DNA of 59,292 bases, from assembly GCA_039815575.1 (NCBI GenBank), contig JBCBZA010000001.1:1-59292 (forward strand), given 5' to 3'. This DNA is from Bacteroidota bacterium (GTDB taxonomy: Bacteria; Bacteroidota; Bacteroidia; Flavobacteriales; Flavobacteriaceae). Below the pieces are notes generated by a model. It saw only the letters and a list, made by a program, of their open reading frames with translations, made no database searches and had not been told where the DNA came from. Positions within the stretch are counted from its first letter, which is position 1. Each line of letters opens with the position of its first letter. Of this stretch, positions 1 to 8,044 are shown one piece after another. Both the position numbers and the translations under genes were made by a program.

Positions 1-19
1 CCAGGAACCCGTTTTAGTC

Positions 20-799
20 CTAGTTTTCAAAAACTGTATTCGCATATCCACCTTTGGGCTGTCCGTTGTAATCATTCACCAACTCCAATAAGGATTCCAT
101 AAAAGGCGTGTCACAGTTGGCTGCAAAGGTGGAAGGTCTTTGAAATTGAATCCTAAAGTCATAATCCCCGTTAAGGTATTTGTCATCAATTTCAGGTTTG
201 TCACCAATGTAATTCTTCAAATTCACGTTTCTAATGTTACGAGGATTTTTATTCTTGTCCTTTTGAACCAGTAATTCAAAATTATTGGTCATGAACTCCA
301 AATGTCCGTCCCCTCCTTCGAGTCGGGAGTCCATTACCGGTTTATGAATAAATCCGTTTTGCGTGCGATAAAATTTTCTGTACACCGTAATATCACCATC
401 AGCAACCACCTCGAGCATAAAGCGTTTTGGCAACATTCCCACTTTTGTAGTGGCCGAAAGGTTGACATACTTTACCCGACGGAATTCGCGACCGTTATCA
501 AGCACAAAGCCTCTAATCTGCTTCACTTTGTACTTTTCCATCACTTTTTTCTTGATGCGCTTTCCCTTCTTATATTTTTTAAACGCTTTCTCCCCAATGG
601 TAATGATATTTCCTTGTTGAAAGTTGTGTGGATTGCAATTATCTATAAAAATGTAGGCTTCTTTGGTCTTTCCATTTTTAAGGACAAGGGTTCCCTTGTA
701 ATAATCCGAACAGGTCGTGGGTGTATTTGCAGATATGGTTGCATTGGCCATGAGACCAACAAAAAATAATACGATGAGTGTAAATGATTTAGAAGTCAT
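20..799 (-). CDS. Hypothetical exported protein
   Basis: 259-aa ORF with an N-terminal signal-peptide-like stretch (KSFTLIVLFFVGLMANA). No family motif recognised. Confidence 0.75.
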   Translation of the reverse strand: MTSKSFTLIVLFFVGLMANATISANTPTTCSDYYKGTLVLKNGKTKEAYIFIDNCNPHNFQQGNIITIGEKAFKKYKKGKRIKKKVMEKYKVKQIRGFVLDNGREFRRVKYVNLSATTKVGMLPKRFMLEVVADGDITVYRKFYRTQNGFIHKPVMDSRLEGGDGHLEFMTNNFELLVQKDKNKNPRNIRNVNLKNYIGDKPEIDDKYLNGDYDFRIQFQRPSTFAANCDTPFMESLLELVNDYNGQPKGGYANTVFEN

Positions 800-875
800 A
801 GTTCAATGTTTGGGGTTAGGAACTATAACTTAAAAAATTGTTTTTTAGTATGTTAGCAAATTACGGAAGACAAAA

Positions 876-1949
876 TTATTCCCATACCCGTTCCAAAAAA
901 CTAATGAAATTCTTGCTCAAAATATGTTCGACATTAGGATTGGAATATCCCCGTTCCTTTAATCGCTGGGGCAGTTTTTGTAAGTCCGCTATCGTATCCA
1001 AATCTTTCGGGGATTGCTCTTTTCCAAAGGCACCATCTAAATCAGTGCCTATACCAACGTGGCTGCAATTACCGGCCAATTGACAAATATGATCTATGTT
1101 ATCAAGTGCTTGCTCCAAACTGACGCCCATACCCTCCGGTGTGGAAACACCTCTTTGCCAATTGGGCACCATCATCCATGCATCCAAGGCTACACCTATG
1201 ACCCCTCCTCGGTGAATAATTTCCTTGATCTGTTCATCAGAAAATTGGCGATTGTGATTGACCAAAGCACGACAATTGTTATGACTGGCCCAGAGGGGAC
1301 CCGAGTACATATCCATCACTTCCCAAAAACAAGTATCACTTAAATGGGTCACATCTAAAATCATCCCAAGTGCCTCAATTTTTTTTATAAGCGCTCGTCC
1401 TTTTTTACCCAATGGCCCATCGGAATCAGTGCCATAAGCATAAGTACCAGGGCCGTAGTGTGCCGGGCCAATGGCTCGAAGTCCACTTTCAAAAGCCCGT
1501 TCCAAATAGCTCATATCAATGATGGAATCTGCTCCTTCAAGGCTCAAAATATAACCTATTGGAGTGGTCCCAGTGTCCTTATCCCAATCCTCCAAATGCC
1601 GCCTTAATCCTTGCAAGTTGGTGATTTGTACCATTTCACCGCAGGCCTCCATGGTTTTGTACCATTCCAATTGGGCTTGGGTCTGCGCCCACGCTTGTTC
1701 AGGGGAATGCCAACCCGGCAAGTCGCTTCCCCTCTTTACGTAGCGTGCTATTTGGGTAGCTACACAAAGACCAATATTTCCTTTGCGCATTTCGGGAAGA
1801 GTCACCGTGTTGTTACCGCGGTCAGGCTTATCCGTCATTCCCTTTTCCAACTGTCTGATTTCGTTCACAGGCAATCGCAAATCTCGATTCCATTCCATAG
1901 CATTCATGGAAAGGTCCAGATGGGCATCAAAAATAAAAGGATGCTCCAT
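876..1949 (-). CDS. Membrane dipeptidase, peptidase M19 (renal dipeptidase family)
   Basis: Motifs DAHLD, LSLEGAD, DVTHLS, ASHNN, HVGIGTDLDG. Start overlaps the upstream stop (TAATG). Confidence 0.92.
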   Translation of the reverse strand: MEHPFIFDAHLDLSMNAMEWNRDLRLPVNEIRQLEKGMTDKPDRGNNTVTLPEMRKGNIGLCVATQIARYVKRGSDLPGWHSPEQAWAQTQAQLEWYKTMEACGEMVQITNLQGLRRHLEDWDKDTGTTPIGYILSLEGADSIIDMSYLERAFESGLRAIGPAHYGPGTYAYGTDSDGPLGKKGRALIKKIEALGMILDVTHLSDTCFWEVMDMYSGPLWASHNNCRALVNHNRQFSDEQIKEIIHRGGVIGVALDAWMMVPNWQRGVSTPEGMGVSLEQALDNIDHICQLAGNCSHVGIGTDLDGAFGKEQSPKDLDTIADLQKLPQRLKERGYSNPNVEHILSKNFISFLERVWE

Positions 1950-3061
1950 TAAAAGGAAATTTTATGGTCTCTGGCCCTTACTTCCCAGTGACCTGTAGCC
2001 TTGTGGTTTACCACAGTGTTTACTTGGGGGTATTTTGCCACAGTGGGGCAAACGTGCATGGGTACGGCATAAAAGACATCCCCTATTTCGTAATCCTCTG
2101 GGTGTTTTACGGATACAACAAAATGTTCTTCACTTTGCCCTATCTGCTCAAAGTTTTTTGTATTCAAAAACGCGACTCTGGGAAAGGGCATTTCAGATGC
2201 TAATGCCTTATGGCCTAGATCCAGGCAAAACTGATCTTTCTTTGGTTTACTTATTAACCGTGTCATCAAAACCGCTGCATGTAGAAAATTCATGTCGGGG
2301 AATTTTGCACCATACCCAGCGTCCCATAGCAGTACCGTTCCGGGGGAAAGTACAATATCATCACGATGGGCATGTGCCGGAAAGGTTGGTGAACCCCCAA
2401 CAACGATGGACTCCACTTTTGTCCCTTGACCCTCCAACTCTTTTTTAAGTTCTAAAACCGGTAGCAAAGCATTGCTACACGCTTTTTTGCGTTCCTCCAA
2501 ATCAGGGATTCGTAGATGGCCATCATAGATATGGAACCCCTTAGCGTGCAAAAAAGACGTGTTCCCAATTTCCACGAATAATTCAATAACTTCAGGACCC
2601 GGGGTAATCCCCGTTCTATTCATCCCATTATTGATGTCAATAAATACACCCAATTCCAAATTCCTGTTTTGAGCTTCCTCGGCCACTTCATGTAGCGACT
2701 TTGGATTATCCACAAGGCATGAAAAATCCAAGTCGGGATATTGGGATGCCAAATTAAAATACCTTCTAATATTGGGCCCTACGGGTTGCATGGCCAAAAG
2801 AATATCCTTGGCTCCCGTATTGGCCAATAGTTCGGCCTCCGCAATGGTAGCACACTTAAAGGCTTCAATCCCATGCTTTCGTTGCATCTGAATAACTTCG
2901 GCCATTTTATAGGTTTTTACATGGGGACGCAGTCGCTCTGGGGTACCCGCAATTCGAAGCATTTCCTTTATGTTATATTCAATGCGCTCCGGAAATACCA
3001 ATAAGCAAGGGGTATTGATATTCTCAACGCCCTCCACCTCATACCAATTGTGCGTCTCCAT
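1949..3061 (-). CDS. Fold-type III PLP enzyme, D-threonine aldolase / D-serine dehydratase (DSD1) family
   Basis: Motifs TPCLLV, LRPHVKTYK (PLP lysine), CATIAEAE, RTGI, YDGH, GGSPT, SEEH, PMHVCPT. Confidence 0.88.
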   Translation of the reverse strand: METHNWYEVEGVENINTPCLLVFPERIEYNIKEMLRIAGTPERLRPHVKTYKMAEVIQMQRKHGIEAFKCATIAEAELLANTGAKDILLAMQPVGPNIRRYFNLASQYPDLDFSCLVDNPKSLHEVAEEAQNRNLELGVFIDINNGMNRTGITPGPEVIELFVEIGNTSFLHAKGFHIYDGHLRIPDLEERKKACSNALLPVLELKKELEGQGTKVESIVVGGSPTFPAHAHRDDIVLSPGTVLLWDAGYGAKFPDMNFLHAAVLMTRLISKPKKDQFCLDLGHKALASEMPFPRVAFLNTKNFEQIGQSEEHFVVSVKHPEDYEIGDVFYAVPMHVCPTVAKYPQVNTVVNHKATGHWEVRARDHKISF

Positions 3062-3528
3062 TAGGGGTGTAGTTCAAAGTGCGCCTCAATTTCCACCAAA
3101 ACACTGCCAGGTAACATCATGCCCACGGCACTCCTTACCCCAATACCGTTTTCCCTTCCGAAAACATCGGCCATCAACTCACTAAAACCGTTAATTACAT
3201 AAGGCTGTTCCTCAAATTCCGGAGTACAGTTGACCATACCCAAAACTTTAACGATGCGCTTTATGCGGTTCAAATCGCCAAAATGGGTTTTGATGGTGGA
3301 CAACATCGTGAGTCCCACTTGCCGTGCCGCCTGTTTACCACCCTCTTTATCCGTACTATCCCCTACCCTTCCGGTTAGGTAACTTCCATCTGCACTAACG
3401 GGACCTTGGCCAGAAACATATAAAAAGTTGTCCACCACCAAAATGGGACGATATACTCCAGCAGGTGGCGGTGCAGGAGGTAATTCCAGGCCTAATTCCT
3501 TAATTCTGTTTTCTATTGAAATTTCCAT
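3061..3528 (-). CDS. Rid (YjgF/YER057c/UK114) family protein
   Basis: Motifs LGLELPPAP, LYVSGQGP, INGFSEL, RSAVG (conserved Arg), VEIEA. Confidence 0.9.
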   Translation of the reverse strand: MEISIENRIKELGLELPPAPPPAGVYRPILVVDNFLYVSGQGPVSADGSYLTGRVGDSTDKEGGKQAARQVGLTMLSTIKTHFGDLNRIKRIVKVLGMVNCTPEFEEQPYVINGFSELMADVFGRENGIGVRSAVGMMLPGSVLVEIEAHFELHP

Positions 3529-3535
3529 ATGGTAT

Positions 3536-4849
3536 TTATATAAATTGACTTAAAACCAAAGTGCCCAGAAGCCCCATGATACCTACTAAGGTCTCCATAA
3601 CCGTCCAGGTTCGCAAGGTCTGCTTGACAGAGAGGTTAAAATACTCCTTAAACAACCAAAACCCTGAATCGTTAACATGGGACAACATCAAGCTCCCCGA
3701 TCCGATGGCAAGCACCAAAAGCTCCGCGCTTACCCCATCACTTGAGGCTAATGGTAGCACAATTCCTGCTGCGGTCAGTCCAGCCACTGTGGCAGATCCC
3801 ACGCAGACCCGTATGGCCGTCGCAATAAGCCAGGCCAATATAATGGGGGAAAAATTGGAATTCTCCAATAATCCTGCGATATAATCACTTACCCCACTAT
3901 CAATTAAAATTTGCTTTAAAGCTCCAGCACCGCCAATGACCAGAAGGATCATGGTAATCCCGACAACGCCATCCACAACAGTATCCATGATGGTTTTCAT
4001 TTTCTTTCCCTGCCTAATTCCCAAAGTATAAATGGCCAATAACACGGCAAGTAACATGGCCATAACAGGATTGCCTAAAAAGACAAAGAAGGTCCGCAAA
4101 GGGCCCTCGGACAAAAATTGTTCTGCAGCTATGGCCATAAAAATGAGTATTATAGGAAATAAGGCCGTAAAAAGGCTAATTGCAGTTTTTGGCATTTGGT
4201 GGTCTTCCAATACCTGAGGGTTATAGAATTTGGCCAATGGTTTGGCCTCTACATTCTTTAGCGTTCGGGCAAACAAAGGACCACCAACAATGATAGCAGG
4301 TACGGCCACAATGAGCCCATACAGCAAGGTTTTACCAAAATCTGCACCGAACATGGTTACAATGGCCGTTGGAGCTGGATGGGGGGGCAAGTAGCCGTGG
4401 GTAACGGATAAGGAGGTCAACATCGGTAACCCGACATATAGGAGTGGTAGTCGTGTAGTCGCCGCCACTGTAAAAACCAGGGGAACCAAAATAACAAATC
4501 CCACGGAATAAAACATGGGGATCCCGACGATAAAACCGGTTAGCACAACCGCCCATTGCACATATTTGATTCCAAAGGTATCCACCAACTTCGTGGTGAT
4601 GCGCTGTGCAGCTCCGGAATCGGCCACCAATTTACCCAACATAGCCCCAAGACCGAGAATAAGTACCAAAAATCCCAAGGTACTTCCAATCCCTTTTTGA
4701 ATGGAGCCAACAATCGCCAATGGTTCCATCCCTTGCAGGAGACCAACAAAAAGACAAACAATGATAAAAGAGAGAAAAGAATTTAGCTTTAATCCGGCAA
4801 TCAAGGCAAATAACAACAAAATGCCGGCGATAACAATAAGTAATGTCAT
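3536..4849 (-). CDS. GntP/DsdX family permease (gluconate:H+ symporter family)
   Basis: Multi-TM protein with THGYLPPHPAP, GSATVA and SHVNDSGFW. ATG at 4849 preferred over the longer start in the ORF track. Confidence 0.9.
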   Translation of the reverse strand: MTLLIVIAGILLLFALIAGLKLNSFLSFIIVCLFVGLLQGMEPLAIVGSIQKGIGSTLGFLVLILGLGAMLGKLVADSGAAQRITTKLVDTFGIKYVQWAVVLTGFIVGIPMFYSVGFVILVPLVFTVAATTRLPLLYVGLPMLTSLSVTHGYLPPHPAPTAIVTMFGADFGKTLLYGLIVAVPAIIVGGPLFARTLKNVEAKPLAKFYNPQVLEDHQMPKTAISLFTALFPIILIFMAIAAEQFLSEGPLRTFFVFLGNPVMAMLLAVLLAIYTLGIRQGKKMKTIMDTVVDGVVGITMILLVIGGAGALKQILIDSGVSDYIAGLLENSNFSPIILAWLIATAIRVCVGSATVAGLTAAGIVLPLASSDGVSAELLVLAIGSGSLMLSHVNDSGFWLFKEYFNLSVKQTLRTWTVMETLVGIMGLLGTLVLSQFI

Positions 4850-4952
4850 AGTTAGGTCGGTTGAATTTGCCTTAAAAGTAGCAAAATAAAAAAGGTTGGG
4901 TAGGGTCAATTTCCTTATCTTTCCGGAGCATAACCCTTAGTTATTTTAGGCG

Positions 4953-6602
4953 ATGAAAAAGTTCTACGATTTTAAAAACTTCAAAGGAGATCTAACGGGC
5001 GGATTAGTAGCTGGAGTTATAGCACTTCCACTGGCATTGGCTTTTGGCGTTCAGTCCGGTATGGGAGCAGCCGCGGGGCTCTATGGCGCCATTGCCGTAG
5101 GAATATTTGCGGCCCTCTTTGGAGGTACGCAAACCCAGGCAAGTGGTCCTACTGGTCCCATGACGGTAGTTTCTGCAGCCCTTGTTGCAGGTGCTATTCA
5201 AATGAACGGTAGTCTTGAAAACGCCATGGGTGTTATACTGGTCACTTTTTTATTGGGCGGATTGATACAAATTGTTTTTGGACTATTAAATATCGCAGGG
5301 TACGTCAAATACTTTCCATATCCTGTGGTTTCTGGCTTCATGAGTGGTGTGGGCCTTATCATTATCATTTTGCAATTATTTCCTTTGGTTGGGCTGTCTT
5401 CCCCAAAATCAACGGTTGCTGTAATCAAGGATTTACCTAGGATGTTTACGGAAGGTAATCTGTACGCCTTGGGATTGGGCCTTTTGACCGTGGCCATTTA
5501 CTACCTATTCCCAAAAATCACAAAGACCATTCCCAGTGCTCTGGTAGCACTTTTGATTGCTTCCCTGGCGGCGTATTTTCTAAAATGGGACGTTCCTGTT
5601 ATCGGAGAAATTCCTTCTGGACTGCCTGCATTACAAATAAGTACCATGTGGCCCATTGATCCTGGTGCCTACGGCATCATCATCGAATATGCCATTGTCT
5701 TGGCCGTATTAGGAAGTATTGATTCTTTATTAACTTCCGTGATTGCGGACAATATGACCAAAACCAAACACAATAGCAATCGTGAACTTATTGGTCAGGG
5801 TATTGGAAATATGTTGGCTGCCATGATTGGGGGCATTCCAGGTGCCGGAGCAACTAAGGGAACAGTGGTCAACATTAATGCCGGCGGAAAAACACGTCTT
5901 TCCGGTGCACTGCACGGTACATTTCTTTTGGCTGTTTTGTTAGGCCTTGGCACCTTGGCGGCGCACATTCCGCTCGCCGTCCTTGCCGGCCTATTGATTC
6001 CTGTAGGGTTTAAGATTATTGATTTCAAGGGCTTAAAGCATTTAAAAGCCGTTCCAAGGGCCGATGCTATCGTACTCATCCTTGTCTTATTGATTACTAC
6101 GTTCGGTAGTCTGATCAATGCTGTGGGTATAGGAGTGGCATTGGCTTCCTTACTTTTTATGAAACAGGCAAGTGACTTGGCAAAGAACGGTATGGAAGTA
6201 GGTTCGGTTTCCGACTTTGACGGTTCAAAGCCCTGGCAAGACGAGCAGGAATTTTATGAAAAGTACAAGGATAAGGTCATCATAAAGCACTTGTACGGTC
6301 CCTTGTTTTTTGGATTTACGTCTTATTTTAAAGATGGTATCAAAGATTTGGATAGCGGGATCAAGGCGTTGATCATTCGCATGGATCGTGTTCCTTACAT
6401 CGACCAATCCGGTCTTTATGCACTCGAGGAAGCGGTATTTGATTTACGACAGCAAAAAGTCGAAGTAATTTTAACTGGACTTCAGGAGCAACCGCGTGAC
6501 CAGATGCTCGCTATTGACTTAATCGATGACCTGGTTCCCCATGAAGATATTTTTGAAACCGTGGATGAGGCGTTCGGTTACTTAAAGGAAAAATTGAGTT
6601 AG
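4953..6602 (+). CDS. SulP family anion transporter with C-terminal STAS domain
   Basis: Motifs GDLTGGLVAGVIALPLALAFG, SGPTGPM, NRELIGQGIGN, GPLFFG, PYIDQSG. Confidence 0.93.
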   Translation: MKKFYDFKNFKGDLTGGLVAGVIALPLALAFGVQSGMGAAAGLYGAIAVGIFAALFGGTQTQASGPTGPMTVVSAALVAGAIQMNGSLENAMGVILVTFLLGGLIQIVFGLLNIAGYVKYFPYPVVSGFMSGVGLIIIILQLFPLVGLSSPKSTVAVIKDLPRMFTEGNLYALGLGLLTVAIYYLFPKITKTIPSALVALLIASLAAYFLKWDVPVIGEIPSGLPALQISTMWPIDPGAYGIIIEYAIVLAVLGSIDSLLTSVIADNMTKTKHNSNRELIGQGIGNMLAAMIGGIPGAGATKGTVVNINAGGKTRLSGALHGTFLLAVLLGLGTLAAHIPLAVLAGLLIPVGFKIIDFKGLKHLKAVPRADAIVLILVLLITTFGSLINAVGIGVALASLLFMKQASDLAKNGMEVGSVSDFDGSKPWQDEQEFYEKYKDKVIIKHLYGPLFFGFTSYFKDGIKDLDSGIKALIIRMDRVPYIDQSGLYALEEAVFDLRQQKVEVILTGLQEQPRDQMLAIDLIDDLVPHEDIFETVDEAFGYLKEKLS

Positions 6603-6684
6603 AGCTCTTTTAGAAAATTTTGGGAAGACCGCAGGGCTTATATTCGTACTTTTAGACTTCAGCCTACCAAGGAAAATGTACCAT

Positions 6685-7389
6685 ATGAAAACTTCCTCCT
6701 CAATATTCCTTGGAGCCTTCCTTTTGACTTCTGGTTTTCTTCAATCCCAGGATGCCATATACACTTTTAAAAAGGGCGATTACAGTGGTATTGGAAAATG
6801 GTTTATGGGTCGTGAAATTGCACATGTTATGGGCTTTCAAGGCATGTCTTGGTTAGAACGAAGGGAACGTGAATCAGAAGAAAAAACAACCACGCTTCTC
6901 AAAAACATGAACATTGGAAAAACGGACCATATCGCTGATATTGGGGCAGGTTCTGGGTATCATGTGTTTAAAATGGCCAAAATGGCGACAGAGGGAATCG
7001 TTTACGCCGTCGACATTCAAAAAGAAATGATTTCGGCCATGAAAATCAAAAAGGAAGCAGGTGGATATACCAATGTACGACTCGTACAAGGTACAGAAAC
7101 CGAGGTAAACCTTGCCCCCAATAGTTTGGATAAAGTACTGATTGTTGATGTGTACCACGAAATGAGTTACCCAGTGGAGATGATGCAATCCATTAAAGTG
7201 GCATTGAAACCTAAAGGTGAAATTTATTTGATTGAATACCGCGGTGAAGATCCCAAGGTGCCTATCAAACGATTGCACAAAATGACCGAAGCACAAGCTG
7301 CAAGGGAACTGAGCGCCATAGGTTTTGAACTTAAGGAAAATATCGCCAACCTGCCTTGGCAGCATTGTATGGTATTTGTCAAAAGATAA
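6685..7389 (+). CDS. Class I SAM-dependent methyltransferase with signal-peptide-like N-terminus
   Basis: Motif I IADIGAGSGY, YAVDIQ, VDVYHE, LKPKG. Start is at 6676 or 6685. Confidence 0.85.
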   Translation: MKTSSSIFLGAFLLTSGFLQSQDAIYTFKKGDYSGIGKWFMGREIAHVMGFQGMSWLERRERESEEKTTTLLKNMNIGKTDHIADIGAGSGYHVFKMAKMATEGIVYAVDIQKEMISAMKIKKEAGGYTNVRLVQGTETEVNLAPNSLDKVLIVDVYHEMSYPVEMMQSIKVALKPKGEIYLIEYRGEDPKVPIKRLHKMTEAQAARELSAIGFELKENIANLPWQHCMVFVKR

Positions 7390-7397
7390 CGCCTGGA

Positions 7398-7940
7398 ATG
7401 CCTTGTTTTTATATTTACCCTTTATCACTACTATTTTTTTCCAGCATGACTTCTCAAACCCTTTTCGAGCCTAAAACCAATCCCAATCCTAAAAACTGGT
7501 ACATTGTTGACGATGTGGTCATGGGCGGGCGCTCCAGCGGCCAATTTAAAATAACTGAAGAAGGCTATGCACAATTCTCCGGTACCGTTTCTTTGGAGAA
7601 CAATGGAGGCTTTTCATCCGTACGTTACAGCATACAAAATACGGACGTACATCCAGGACATACCATCAAAATCAGATTGAAGGGTGACGGAAATCGCTAT
7701 CAGTTCCGGGTGAAAAACAAAAGAAATCAGCGCTATAGCTACAGTGACCATTTTGAAACTTCTGGGGACTGGCAAACAGTAACATTCAAATTGAATAATC
7801 TCTATCCTAGCTTTCGGGGAAAGCGATTGGACCTCCCGAATTTCAATCATACAAGCTTGGAAGAAATTGCTTTTCTTATCGGAAATAAGGTTCCCCAATC
7901 ATTTGAATTGACCATTTTAAAAATAGAATTGGTCGATTGA
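7398..7940 (+). CDS. CIA30 family protein
   Basis: Motifs WYIVDDVVMGGRS, LENNGGFSSVR, KGDGNRY. Start uncertain (7398 or 7446). Confidence 0.85.
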   Translation: MPCFYIYPLSLLFFSSMTSQTLFEPKTNPNPKNWYIVDDVVMGGRSSGQFKITEEGYAQFSGTVSLENNGGFSSVRYSIQNTDVHPGHTIKIRLKGDGNRYQFRVKNKRNQRYSYSDHFETSGDWQTVTFKLNNLYPSFRGKRLDLPNFNHTSLEEIAFLIGNKVPQSFELTILKIELVD

Positions 7941-8044
7941 ATGGTTTAGCACTGCACTAAATTGGGGATAGCATTAATTTCTATTAGAATCACAACGGCT
8001 ATTTCAAGACTGGTTTCATTATTTTTAAAGCATACAAACCAACT

